A stretch of DNA of 64,000 bases, taken from Pecten maximus. Its lineage: Eukaryota. The stretch is from NCBI RefSeq assembly GCF_902652985.1, contig NC_047018.1:27032001-27096000 (forward strand). The letters run 5' to 3'. This document shows, piece after piece, positions 26,345-54,500 of this stretch; the first letter of the stretch is position 1, and each line of letters opens with the position of its first letter. The translations under genes and the position numbers were made by a program. The notes below the pieces were generated by a model. That model did not search any database, had not been told where the DNA came from, and saw only the letters and a program-made list of their open reading frames with translations.

Positions 26345-27006
26345 GTGCCCTTCTCAATGACTTGTAACCTTTGACCTGTGCCCCTCTCAACGACCTGTAA
26401 TCTTTGACCTGTCCCCTTCTCACTGACTTGAAACCTTTGACCTTTCCCCTCTCACTGACTTGAAACCTTTGACCTGTCCTCTCAATGACCTGTAATCTTT
26501 GACCTGTCCACTTTTCAATGACTTGTAATTTAACCTTTCCCTGTAAAGTAACACTTACCTGTACCGTTCCTCTCAAAGACTTGTAGCCTTTGACCTCTCC
26601 ACCTCTCAATGACTTGTAACCTTTGACATGTCCCCTTCTCAATGACATGTAACCTTTGACCTCTCCTCCTCTCAATGACCTGTAATCTTTGACCTGTCCC
26701 CTTCTCAATGACTTGCAACCTTTGACCTGTCCTCCTCTCAATGACCTGTAATCTTTGACCTGTCCACTTTTCAATGACTTGTAATTTAACCATTCCCTGT
26801 AAAGTAACACTTACCTGTACCCCTCTCAATGACTTGTAGCCTTTGACCTCTCCACCTCTCAATGACTTGTAGCCTTTGACCTGTCCTCCTCTAAATGACT
26901 TGTAACCTTTGCCCTGTCCTCCTCTCAATGACATGTAATCTTTGACCTGTCCCTGTAAAGTAACACTTACCTATATCCCTCTCAATGACTTGTAACCTTT
27001 GACCTG
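26345..27006. repeat. 33-bp minisatellite (CTCTCAATGACTTGTAACCTTTGACCTGTCCCT-like) with three embedded splice-donor cassettes
   Basis: Tandem array visible directly; ccctgtaaagtaacacttacct recurs at ~26539, ~26795 and ~26951. Confidence 0.93.
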
Positions 27007-27049
27007 TTGCCCCCAAATTCAACTTGGCTGGTTAGTCAATGGAGTGAAT
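26971..27049 (-). other. Putative 79-nt non-coding (5' UTR) exon of the minus-strand TRIM
   Basis: Acceptor tacttcatttaagtttcAG at 27050 and consensus donor AG|GTAAGT at 26971/26970. Confidence 0.55.
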
Positions 27050-27887
27050 CTGAAACTTAAATGAAGTATCACTGTTACTCTAACAAAATCAAACTGGTGT
27101 TAACCACATCTTATCTTATACATCAATAGACAAGACACAATACAAATCACTTGTAACAGGAGTGTGTTGGGTCCAGTTTGTGTATATATGTACATGTCAA
27201 ACTGCACCAGACTTCACTGTGGACCAAAATTCATTATTTACAATATAGATATTTACAACATAAAACACATAGAAACAGACAACAACATTGTCCTAGCTAT
27301 AGAATACATGCCCCGACACCCCCAACCCCTCCAACTACGACCTAACTATAGCCACCTTCTATTTTCCAAACATTTGACAATACAAAACTAAAGGACCAAT
27401 CACAACATAGGATTCACAGAAATGCTGAGGTACAGCCAACACTGACGAAAAAGCATTAAGAGACCACAAGCAATGCAACTGCAAGACAAAAACCTTGACC
27501 AAGGATCGGACAGAGAAAAACAAAGGTCAGTGTACATGTGACACAAGTACACATAATAGATTATACACAACATATAGGTTATGGAATTAATAGTAAATTT
27601 ATCCCTTAAATCTTAAATATCAAATTTATCCATATATGTAAGGTAGCTAGGTGTTATGTCACTTCCGATTTTATTGTATTTGCACCAGATTCTTAGCGAC
27701 ACCAAACAGTGTCGGATAATTCCATGTTTTCATATAGTAGTGCGCTCTAGCCCTACACCAGACCTGGTGTCAGGGCCAGAGGAAACTCGGGGCTATGGCT
27801 CAAGTGGTCTACCCGTTTGGACCGCAAAAACGAAAATGGCCCTAAATTCATCCAAAATATTGTCTGAAAGTTGACCCATAAACAAAC

Positions 27888-28738
27888 TAGGGCTGTCACA
27901 GGTACAAATGTTTTGCCCCGGGTACTCGGGGTCTTTACAACCCGACCCGTACCGGTTACCCATTGGCTGTAGACTTGTATAAGTTGTAGCCCTGTACGGA
28001 CGTTTAGAACTAGAACAGGAGAGGCCTTCGATATTATGAACATGGATTTGTTAGTGTTAAATGAATACTTTGAGTAGTTCTGACTTCTTAGTATAACATT
28101 ACTGATGAAGTCATGATATGTATTGATGAAAAGACATCGTATTGAGTCGCACTTCAATCAAGGAAGCCATGTTGTTTGGTTGACATATGTGCAGTTTGTT
28201 TTGCGCATGACCGGAAACACAGCTCTACCGTAATAGCTCAGGTAAAGAGAACACACGAAAACGACATGACGAAAGTGAGCAGTTTTATACTATAACTATC
28301 ATTATCGTCCATTACTTGTGCGAGGCTTGTGTATGGTTATTACAGTAAATGTTTATTTGGTGTCAATTCGAGGTTTCTCTCATGTGTGTGTTTTGCCTTA
28401 CGTAATTTGGGGAGTTCCGAGTGTTACAAGAAAAATCTGTGTTGAGGCAGCACGTTTCGCGCCCCTGAGAAAGTGTCAACAGACGATGCAACAATGTAAC
28501 TCTTCATACAGGAGACATGTTTACAGAGCACTAAAACAATGTTTAAGTATCTATATGCGATGACTCAAGTGTGTCAAAGCTATACAGTGTTTTTTTTAAA
28601 TATATGTGTATAACGGTGAACTATAGTAGTTATTACTATGTTAGTACAAAGTTTCCGGGTTCGGGTACACAATTTCAAACCCGGGTTGGGATCAAAACCG
28701 ACCTGTGACGGGTCACCCGGGTACTCGTTACAGCCCTA
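27888..28738. mobile_element. Non-autonomous hAT-like MITE
   Basis: TIRs TAGGGCTGTCAC / GTTACAGCCCTA with subterminal repeated ccgggtactc/acccg motifs at both ends. No convincing 8-bp TSD. Confidence 0.6.
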
Positions 28739-29203
28739 GCACAACTTGAAATTTCCAATTCTAATATTTTATGCATTCTAAATGCACACCCGTGGACATT
28801 TCCAAGTTTTTGTTTAGAGACATTCTGACTTTCAGCTGTGCCAGAAATCCATAAGCAAATTGTAGTTTAATAGATAACGGGAACCCTTCCAAATGACCAA
28901 ATATCGAACCCATCACATTTCAACATAATACAATGATGCATTGACATATATCAACGAGACACATATACGAAAAACATATAATCAAAATGTTGGAGTTTGG
29001 TAAACAAGTATTGTCTACTTTCACTTTCAGTGCAAGTAAACACAATGCATTGATAATTCAATATAACGTTATGTTACCTACGACAAGCCGTTTTTCTGAA
29101 GTGACAAGTCTGTTCATATGAAAATAACTTGATATTTTTTGAAGAACAGACTCTGATTTTTACACTCAAATGTTTTAGCATCATTAAAGATAGTCCTGAG
29201 TAC

Positions 29204-29607
29204 CTTCACGCGTAGAAAAATTGCTCCAAAACAAACGTGGTTATCACTGAAGAACCGGAACCCACTGAGAAGGAAGCAGGATAACCGGAAGTTGTAAGCT
29301 TATTATCGGAAATGATAATTTTGGATCTGGATAAAGGAACTAATACTGTTCCAATTACATAAATAAAACATGATATCGCAAATAAAAACTTAATCAACTA
29401 GTCATCAAAATCACAAATAAGATCTGGTTATATTAGGCCTAATGGAAAGATCAACTTATCCGCTAGGGGCCGCGCTGCACTCTCTAGGAGGAAAAAACCC
29501 GAGGAGTTCCGGATGTCTCTACCAAAAAGCCGAGTTAGCTCCCTTTCACTTCAAGGTTTCTGATGTGACCCACTCAAGGTCGCTGCAGACGAATTTCTTA
29601 CCAAAAC
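29204..29607. promoter_or_regulatory. Probable bidirectional promoter (PGM1 +, TRIM -)
   Basis: CpG-richer stretch with ETS-type CCGGAA motifs (~29255, ~29285, reverse at ~29507) and a pyrimidine-rich initiator-like ctccctttcac (~29540). Candidate minus-strand first exon ending AAG|GTACTC at 29204/29203. Confidence 0.45.
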
Positions 29608-44384
<14,777 letters not shown>

Positions 44385-44973
44385 AAATCATGTTGTGCAG
44401 GAAAACTATATAAATCTCCAGTCCCCAGAAAAAACCCAAGCTATTTTAATATAATAATGTACTTGTTATCAGTGAAAATTTACGATTCTATTGTGTTTCT
44501 TATAATACCTACTCATTAGATTTGTTGAAAATTAAATAAGATGAAATACATAATCAAATATAATGAAGCACTTTCAGTCCCATATGTATCATAAATTTAT
44601 TTAGATGTAAGAAATACATTTAATCTTCCAATAAACTCAATTCTGATAAAGACAATGTAGCATAAAGGGAGTTAACTCCAGTTAGCATTAAAAATTCAGG
44701 GACTGTTTCAGAAAGTGCTGATTTAAAATACTGCACTTTTAAGCATTGACTAATGAAGAAATAATGATAAAGTAACATTACAAGGACATTAATGAACTTA
44801 ACTAATCTGTGTAATTTGTACAGAGATTAAAGTTTTGTGAAATATGTGTGCAATTGTGCATTACATATGTACCAGCAGCATTTTGATTGTAAATTTGTTT
44901 GACTCGCAAATAATGACAGCCTTTGAAGCATGATACATGTTATGTGGCAATGAAGATATATAGAGATAAAGAG

Positions 44974-45266
44974 TTTTTAGCTCACCTGGTCTGCTGCATT
45001 GTTCAATGTTGTTTAAAAGAAGGAAGTGGAACTCATGGGGCAGGAGGAAAGGGGCTCAATAGGGAAAACATAGCAACAAAAATAAACAAATAAATTTGAA
45101 GTCCTTTTTCACAAATGACAGGATTTGATTCACCTGTATTTTGAACCATTATTGGAAGAGGTAGTTCAAAAGTAGGAAAACATTTGAGATATAACTTTAA
45201 TTAGAGTATTTTGCCATAATGTATGAAATATCCAGGTGAGCGATGAAGGGCCTCTGGGCCTCTTGT
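44974..45266 (+). mobile_element. Short complete Helentron/HINE-like element
   Basis: 5' tttttagctcacctgg, inverted subterminal copy ccaggtgagc at 45232 and 3' hairpin-like gggcctctgggcctcttg, inserted in T-rich context; same 3' end as 2498-2535. Confidence 0.7.
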
Positions 45267-46894
45267 TTTCAGTTAAAAGAAAGAATAGGAACAATGATAG
45301 TGCACACAATCATTTCTAATTAAAAACTGAAATTAAGAAATTTCTTTTTTCCTATATATATTTATGATACACTCATGTTTCAGGTAAACCCATATTTTTC
45401 TACTCTTCCCAGATATGGTTATTTTAAGACTATTGTAAAACCATTTTAAAGTCACTGTAAAATCATCAGAGCTTTGTTAACTAGAATATTCTTCGTTCAC
45501 CCAGTGTTTTACAAAAATCCACGATAAATCCTAAAAGCTGTCCATAACCTGCATAACTACATTATGATTAATTTAGAAGATCTACCAGTATTTTCTTTAT
45601 ACTTAAGTCCCCTGCCAGCACTACCATTTGTTTCTATGTTCTTTTGTTCAGAATATTTATTCTCTGTTATCTGCTCTTTTGTAATGATGGGTTGCTGCCT
45701 ACTAAAATGGTATATAGTGTATTGTGTCTCTCTTTTGTGCCATTCATTCATATTTTTTCGTGGTATATACAGCTGTATCTTAATATATATTACTATTAAA
45801 TATGATGTATGCTAATGAAATAAGTTTTGTATAAGGACGTAATCAATCACCTCTATAAGGTCAGATTGTTAGAGTGTAGTGGGTGTTAGCAGAGGAGGAA
45901 ACTGAATTACAGAGGAAACCCATGTGGTAGAAGTAACTAAAAGTAAGTGCTATCCAATGTGCAACCAGGCCACACTGTATACCCATGGGCATTATTTAAT
46001 ACTTTGTACAATTGATAAATACAAAGTATCACTTGGCATGACAATGGTACACGTTAACATACTTTAAGTACTTACGTACAGGATGAAATAAAGATTATGA
46101 GTCTTTCTCTCCTATTATATAGTGTTTTAGCTTCCTATATTTGTTTGTAGGTTTAGATTGCACTTATTGATATACACGTATTCTGTTAGAGTATATCGCA
46201 TACCTCACAAAGAAAATGCTAAAATAGTTTATAACATGTTATTTTGATATTTTCTTGTGTTATGTCATAATTGTTGCATTTAGTTTTACAGACTTTCACA
46301 ATTATCCATTATCAGGGTATGCTAATGGTACATGTATGTTACTTTTTAGTAAGTTAGTAAGATGATGATTAGTTTTATGTTCTACCATTCAATGTATTTT
46401 TAACAATGATTTGTAGCTCATAAAATGTGTTCAGATATCATATATTGGTTCACTCTTTAAAGCTGATTTTGGTGCAAAATTATGTTTATCTTTGGCCATG
46501 AATACTTATACAATATTTAAATGTTGAATAGTAAAAATGTTTACTTTATTGCCAAAATGATCTACTTTGATGGATAGAAAAATGTATTTGATAGCTAGTC
46601 CACATTGATTGTTATACATACATGTATTGGTATGTGTTAAGTTGTAGTAGACTTTTGACATTCACGTAATCACTCCTATCACTGTTGTTCGTGTTCTTGA
46701 GTGCAAGACAACTGCAAAATAAAAGGTTGCAGAACTTGAATCCTGGATCTGTCTTTCAACTGATGTGCTACAAAGCATATTAATTTCGTTTTTGTTATTT
46801 GGATGCTCTTCTTTTTACTGAAGAAATTGTTGGTTATATTTGCAGTAAGATGATACAGAGTTATCTTTCTTGGCATATACATTGTACTGTGTAA

Positions 46895-47100
46895 AAGTTC
46901 TGTATGTAATAAAGGAATGAAATATGACGAGAATGACAATGTGTGTTTTTTTTAATAAGATTTCAATACGTGTATACAAGGTATCAAAAACGTATGTAAA
47001 TAAAGTTCTGTATGCAATAAAGGAATGAAATATGACGAGAATGACAATGTGTGTTTTTTTTAATAAGATTTCAATACGTGTATACAAGGTATCAAAAACG
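46895..47100. repeat. Tandem duplication, ~108-bp unit x2
   Basis: aagttctgtatg…ggtatcaaaaacg occurs twice with near identity. Confidence 0.9.
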
Positions 47101-50100
47101 TTAACCCAGTAATTAGAAATCACAAATAATTTGTATGTAGACAAATAAATTGAATTATAGATATACATTGCACCATGTGTTAAAATACCAAATTATATGC
47201 AATACATGTCTAGGAAAAGTTGCACCAAAATTAACAAACTGCATATGTGCAATAATGCATGTGCAGTTAAAATTACTCTACTTAGTTAACTAAGTGTGGA
47301 CATACAATACATGCATAGGGAAAGTTTCAACAAGTTGACTGTGCATTTGTGCAATGCAAATTGCACCAAGAATGGAGTTTCCACATATGCAGTACATGTG
47401 CAGACAAGACACGATTAAAGTTTCGCCAATTATATTGAGCTTGCGTGTCTGCAATAAATACCCAGTTACTGTTACAAGGTAAAAATGCACAGGTAAAGCT
47501 GTGTGCAAAAATGCACATGTAATTTGCACAATTTGACAATGTGCACCTGACAAAAGCACAGGTAAGAACTTACCAAATGACAGTTTGCAAATTAGCTGAT
47601 GGTGTGACCGTATGCAATATATACATATGTAAAGTTGCACCACAAGTTATATTGCATATTGTGTTACGGCCAATACCACAAGTTGACTGCACATGTGTGC
47701 AATACCTTCCAGGTAAAATGACTTTATTACACCACGATTTAACGGTGTATATGTTTCACGTTATTCCGGTTACATTTCTTACATACAGTTTTTTTTTATA
47801 AAACATTACTATCGCTTATTTTGTCTTGATATAAACCAAACAATGGGTAAATGGATACAGGGACTATTTAAAAACCTTGGCTGTATCGCTTGTACATGTA
47901 TTTAGCAATGACATTTCTCACAAAGAATTCACACAATTTGCAATACTCCAAGAACAAAGTGACTTATGTGTTATTTCCTCTTTAGATCACAACTGAAAGA
48001 TTTAGGTGGTTAGCGGTTAGATTGTGCGAGATGTGATTGACACAAGCGCCATCGCTCTATAACATTACTGTCATGTCGCACCTGTCAAGGTCAACGTGCT
48101 ACATGAGTGTATTTGTCATCTACGGTAAACCAATTGGGGAAATTAAATATAATTACTGATATAATGTTATGTTGACACTGAATTACTAAGATATCAGTTT
48201 ACCATAATATTTAACACATACATATGGAATACGTTTTGCATGAAATATAAAGTTGTAAAATGGAGGCTACACCTGTACCAGGTAACCGGTCTCTTTATAC
48301 AAGGTCCCGGCAGGATCACCAGATATATGTACTGATGCCAATTGGTTTACAAGCTTGGAACATTTACAAAACTTTAAAAGCTTACACATCGGTAAATTAA
48401 TCTTATATTAATCTCAGAATAAAAAGGACAACTGGCCGACAAATCCAGTTGAGAATCATTTATTGGTGTCGTAATATCAATTAACTAGATTTGTTATTTA
48501 CGCTTTAATAATTGAGAGAAATCTTCATTCTGTTCAAACAGCACGAATAAAGACATTTGATTATTAAAATCCTTTGACTTGAAAGCTACAAGTACAAAAA
48601 CATGAAACCAAAGAAGTTTGAATTTGGAGGAAAATGTCCCAATAATCAACACAAAATCAATGGGGCATAAATGTAGCCGAACTGGATTCTCCACCCTCGT
48701 TTCATTTAAAACTCTTCTTCTAATTGCACAAAATCTCGGTTGTTCAATATTCGACAAAATACATATTATTAAACAAACAAAATAGGAATGTTCAGAGGTG
48801 GGTGTTTTGTTCAGGGAGAACTCTCCGCGTATTAAGTATTTAGTATTTTACATAAAAAAAATACCTCAAACTTCATTGTCCTATAATCATGAATATACCT
48901 GGATTTGGCAAGAAACCAAGTCATAGCTGCAATCGTTTATAAACAAACTTGACCCAGATTGACAATTTTTCACAATCAGGGCCCAGATAACCGACTGTTG
49001 TTGAAATTTTAATGTCTCTCCTGTAAATATTATGGAGCTCGTTTTATCTATACGATCTGTTGATGGGTCATTTGACATGAATACATCTAGGTCAACACTT
49101 CCACGTGAACTTGTGACATGTTTATGTGTATTTTTTCCAGTCTAAATTACTTCAACTCCTAATATGGAGGCAATGTGTAACAGCTTAAATTGACAAGATC
49201 TTGGGAGATTGTTTTTTATTTGAAATTTATTGCAGTCGATCCAGCTTTACTGTGGTTTGAAATTTATTTTGTACATCCTGAGTAATTTTTTTAGGAATTT
49301 CTACAAAAAAAAACAAAAAAACACGTTTACTACGAGATATCTAGTAAGAACACTGCAAAATGGGGCTTGCTTGACGAAACCACACCCCTCCCCCCAATAT
49401 GACTTTGTAAATGCCTTTGTTTCCATGTGTGTATAGAAAACAGGGGTTTTCAGTCGCCTTTTGTTTTCAACAAGTTCGCCGAGTTAACCGTTTGATACTT
49501 TGTTGAAGGATTGAAGGTCAGTGTTGACTTTGTTTACACCCTATCACTATAAGCTCCTTTAACTGTCAAGGCAGTGGAGCGGAACATGTTTGTTGTTGTG
49601 AGATACCTGACTGGTGCCTATATTGAAACCTAAAGCAACAAAAGACATATGTGCTCTTCATTTTGACAAAGGGAGAAATCTTATCTGAAAGGATTTAAGT
49701 ATTACAAAGAAAAATGCTACCTCACCCATAGTCATGTACACCTGTAGTGACAGGCTGAGAATTATTTGACCCTTTGGACCATCTCTTGGACCAAGACATT
49801 CGGAATAAAGGCCTGGGTCTATATGCATCCTTGTCTACTCATATCGGGTACCATACATATTTTAAACTTTAATTCATCCGTGTTTATAAACATTTATGAT
49901 AATGGTTTAAAGTAGAATCGCCCAGTCAAGTTTGATTTCCCGTTGTCCTGGTCCGTGCATTTCATATACAACCATGACTTTTGACCCGGTGTTTTGAACT
50001 TGACCTTAGTGGTATAATTATAATTATATCCTCGACGGAAATAACAGTATATATAAGTTAGTAATTGACACCTTAGGTGACCCTGACCTTTCAATCTTCT

Positions 50101-50387
50101 ATATCTCAATAGTGTGTAATATAGATATGATGCATCATCTACTAATTTTAATAACGTATGTGGTATTGTTCCAAGATTGTTTTTTTCCTGACAATTTTAC
50201 AATGATCTTATTTTTGAACCCCGTCTGTTACCTTGACCTTGAGGGTTTTATGTTTCATACCAAAGTTTAAGTACTGAAAATGGTAAGCAGACAAGTGCCT
50301 TATTTGTAAGAAAGTTTGACCTCTACTTTTGATCTTAACCTTTCACCTAAAGCTTACCAGCCCGGGGTTAATGTTATGCAAAAGATA

Positions 50388-51588
50388 CGAGGGCTGATTG
50401 ATATGTTGTGAGCCTCATATTGAAGGATTTGAATTTTGCCGGACACAATTATTTTATTATTTTTCAACATAATCCCTTTCAGTATCTTTACACTTTTGCC
50501 AGCGGTATTTAAGGGCCGCAATGCCACTGTTCAGGAAGTCATCCACTGCATGTATGACGTCATCATCAGACTGAAAGTGGGTACCTTAAAAAGCTGCTTT
50601 CAGTTTTGGAAATAGATAAAAGTCTGATGGAGCGAGATCAGATGAATAAGGCGGATGCTGAATCAATTAAAAGCCACAATCGTGAATGGCAACCATGGCA
50701 ACGACAGACTTGTGAACAGGAGCACTGTCCTGATGGAATAACACATCTTTAGTGAGCTTTCCGCGGCGTTGAATTTTCCCCGTATTTGCCTCAGAAGTGA
50801 AGCATAGTAGGTGCCATTGATTGTTTGTCCCTTTTGGAGATAATCTATCAGCAGAATACCATCTGCATCCCAGAAAAGCGAGGCCATAACCTTTCCAGCC
50901 GATGGAACAGTCTTTGCCTTCTTTGGCGGGGAGAGCCATGGCGCTTCCATTGTTTCTATTGTTTGGCCTCATGGGTAAAATGGTGGACCCATGCTTCATC
51001 CATAGTGACAAATCTCTGAAGAAAGTTGGCAGGATCTTCCTCAAAAAGGTTAAGATTAGCATGCGATAATGTTCGCCTGGTGTGCTTCTGATTCTCATTG
51101 CAAGATCCTCGGTCAGAATCGAATGTACTCTTTCCTACGAAATGCCAACTCTATTAGCTATATATCTTTCTGTCAGTCATAACAATATCATGAACTGTAT
51201 TAACCATTTCTAGGGTTACAACATTGACAGGCCTTCCAGGACGGGGGTCATCCTCAAGGCTCTGTCGGCCGCGCTTAAATTCCGCCACCCACCTTCAGCA
51301 TATGAAGGGACATATTTCCCTAGTGTTGCTACCATATCACTATGGATTTCCTTAGGTGTTGAACCTATTTTATGCAAATTTTGGATCACTGCTCTTTTAC
51401 CGATTTTGTCCATTTTGCAAAAGCCAATTGTCTTGTTTACCTCTACCTCGTCGATATAAACTAACAAAATGAGAACAGTCCTTGTGTACACGAACCTTTA
51501 TAGTCGAAAAATAATGGGACTTATTTAAACAGAACATCCTTGAGTATCCCCTTCAATACGAGGCTCACAACATATCAATCATCCCTCG
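50388..51588 (-). mobile_element. Mariner (DD34D) DNA transposon, decayed copy 2
   Basis: 39-bp TIRs (CGAGGGCTGATTGATATGTTGTGAGCCTCATATTGAAGG, 2 mismatches) with TA TSD at 50386-87 and 51589-90. Frameshifted transposase (MDKIGKRAVIQ…, KVMASLFWDADGILLIDYL, FHQDSAPVH); same family as 3672-4902. Confidence 0.93.
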
Positions 51589-54500
51589 TAGTTAACAAAT
51601 AATCTGCACAGAGAAAGTTCAAATTATTCCATCATTAAACGATCATTTTCAAATACATTTTCAAATTATGTTTCTGACTTACTTTTACCGTTTTTACGCA
51701 GTTTCTCTTTCCAATGCGCAGAGAGAAAAATTCTTGCAATAAAACATAGAATATATAAATGCCAGCTGCCCTTAAAAATTTAATATTTTTTTGAGATTGG
51801 AGTGGAACATCAATATCTAAGCTTGATAACCACTGTAATGAATTTTAAGTATACAACATGTCAAGGGACGTCCCTGGTGCAATGCACACCACAATCCGTC
51901 AAGTCTGCAAAATGTTCTAAAGATTTAGGTCAATATATAGTGCTGTTAGGCTGTTTGCAGACCTCTCCAGAGCTTAAGTAAATATTTTTACCTGGCCCAC
52001 GTTTCTGGTTAACGTGAATATTACAAGTAGGTCACTCTGATGGCGATATTTGCCCGGGTCTCTTGGCTTGTCGCCACTAAACAGTCTCAGCGGGTCCCCT
52101 GCCCGGATTTTATGTCAGTTTTAAGCTATTTTAAAGAGTACTGGCATATACCAATGGAATATATTTCAACCAATCTGACAGCTGTAAATTTAGTGCCAGG
52201 TGCTATTCCATTTTATAATCTGATTTCAAATTCTAATTAATCTGTGTATTAATGTAGAAGACAAACCAATGAAAAGTGAAGCATATTCAACAAGCATCAT
52301 TTTCATATTAGCACGCCTCTAGCGATTGTTGTTTATTTTATATTATCAATTCCATGACAATTTTCCATTTGTATCAATAGATTTAGAGTGAAATGAGTTA
52401 AGTTATGTCACCATTTTTCTTTCTCTGGCCACCAATTGTTTCTCCGCAGCTCTCAATTACTCAATTGCCTGAACTCCCAGTGTTAACGTAAAGTTGAATT
52501 CGTTATCATTAATCAAGGAACACAAGACATTATATAGAATTCAAAGTACTTTATTTTTTCTCAATGCATCGATAAAAACAATTTTTTCACAAGTGAATCA
52601 AATGCTTTGTCACTACATGTAGTACCTTATTCAAAATCACATTTTTGAGAATCTCAATTCTGTTGAGTTGCCAAACCTGATAGCATTAACAGTCAAAATT
52701 ACATGCCATCAATTCTTATTTTGTTACGATACCTTGTAACTTGTCAGATTTAGTTTTACACAATCCATGCAATGTAAGCAACCTGCTTTGAAGAATTGGT
52801 TGAATGTATAAATATCGCTTAATATTTTAAATTGCACCAATGAGTAAGAAAACAAATACAAGGAACATGACTTGTTAGAAAACTAGTACTTTCTGATATG
52901 TAACACACTTCGAATGTTCCTCAATCACCAATTCATAAAATTTTAACACCATTTTTTTTCTTTCAATCAACACATTTAGTTAATAGAAAAAATATCTATA
53001 ATTTTAAGAATTATTAACTAAATTTCTTTAAACAAATTATTTCAAATTCTGAATCAAACAAATTTGCAATAATACTTTAACAGTCAAAATACTAGAGTCA
53101 ATATGACGTTCAATAATCACAGCTGAACACATCTTTATATAATATCACAGGAAATCTAGCTTTCAGCATCTTAACTTTTTTTAAACTGAAAAACCAAGAC
53201 AAATTAGTCAATCCCATGCTACACTTAATTTGCTGATTTAGTGAAAATACAAAAATGAGTGTAATATACTTTACTTTTAACACTAGCTTCCTTGTTGAAG
53301 CCACCAAAACAAATTTGAAATTGGCAACAAACTTGCCTATATAGATATATTTTATACAAATAAAATTAAAGGCATTAACATTTTGCTCTGGACATTTTGT
53401 GCCCAAAACTGAGTTGTCTTGCAATCCAAACATCTTACACTTCAATATCTTACATGACAATACCAGTAATTTCCAAACAGTAAAATATTTTACAGGTTTG
53501 ATGGAACTATAAACATTATGAGCTTATATTTATAATGGAAACAAATATATGAAATCATTTCTGCAAAATATTTTCTTACATTAATGGGATTTTTCGGAAA
53601 TATCTAAATTAACAAAAAAAAAATGCATTTCTTTTCTCCAATTTGAATTTTGAACATCTTTAGAACCGAAAAACAGAATTTGAGCTTAAAAGTACTTTTC
53701 AATAGTTTTGTATTTTTTACAAGTCACAAGACACTGATGTAAGTAGTCCATTGATAATTCAGACCTTTGTGATATGCTGTACAATAACGTATTGTTTATC
53801 TGTATTTATTTTATTTTTTTGAGATCAGTGAATTATATTTACATATGGAAACAAAAGTTGCCTTTTTACATGCCATTTATTGGGACCAAAATGTCAGTCT
53901 ATATATACATGTATGTACACTATGTACACATGTCTACACTCTTATACTTGTGATCAGTTCATGGACTTGCAGTAACACACTAGCACAAACACTGCAACCA
54001 AAGCCGATATCCTTGGCTACAACCGTCTTTGCCAATTACATTACATTGTCTCCATGTAACAGCGACACACACAAATGAACACATGTACGTACAGCAATAA
54101 CATCATTTTTCTAATGTAATGGATCATATCAAATGATGAGGTTTTTCTGTTATGGTATCTAGGTTTCTTGGAATGAATGACTTTGTAAAGCTATTTGCAC
54201 AGACATACAAATGCTTGGAAAAGTAAAATGAAATTGATGCAAACAAATCAAAAAGTCTGTTTGTATGAATCTATAGTAAATGCCTTTGAATTTAAAGAAA
54301 TCTGTTAAAAAAGTAAATATATTGAATTGTTGATAAGAAAATAAAAATTTTTGTATATAAAATTCACCGTTTCAACACCTAAAACATATTTACATTCCAT
54401 CAAAAAATTTGTTCAAAATTTTAAGGTAACAACTTTTATTTCGAAAAATTAAAATTAACGAAAATCAAAGACATTTACTGAAGTATGAAGCCATATTAAA

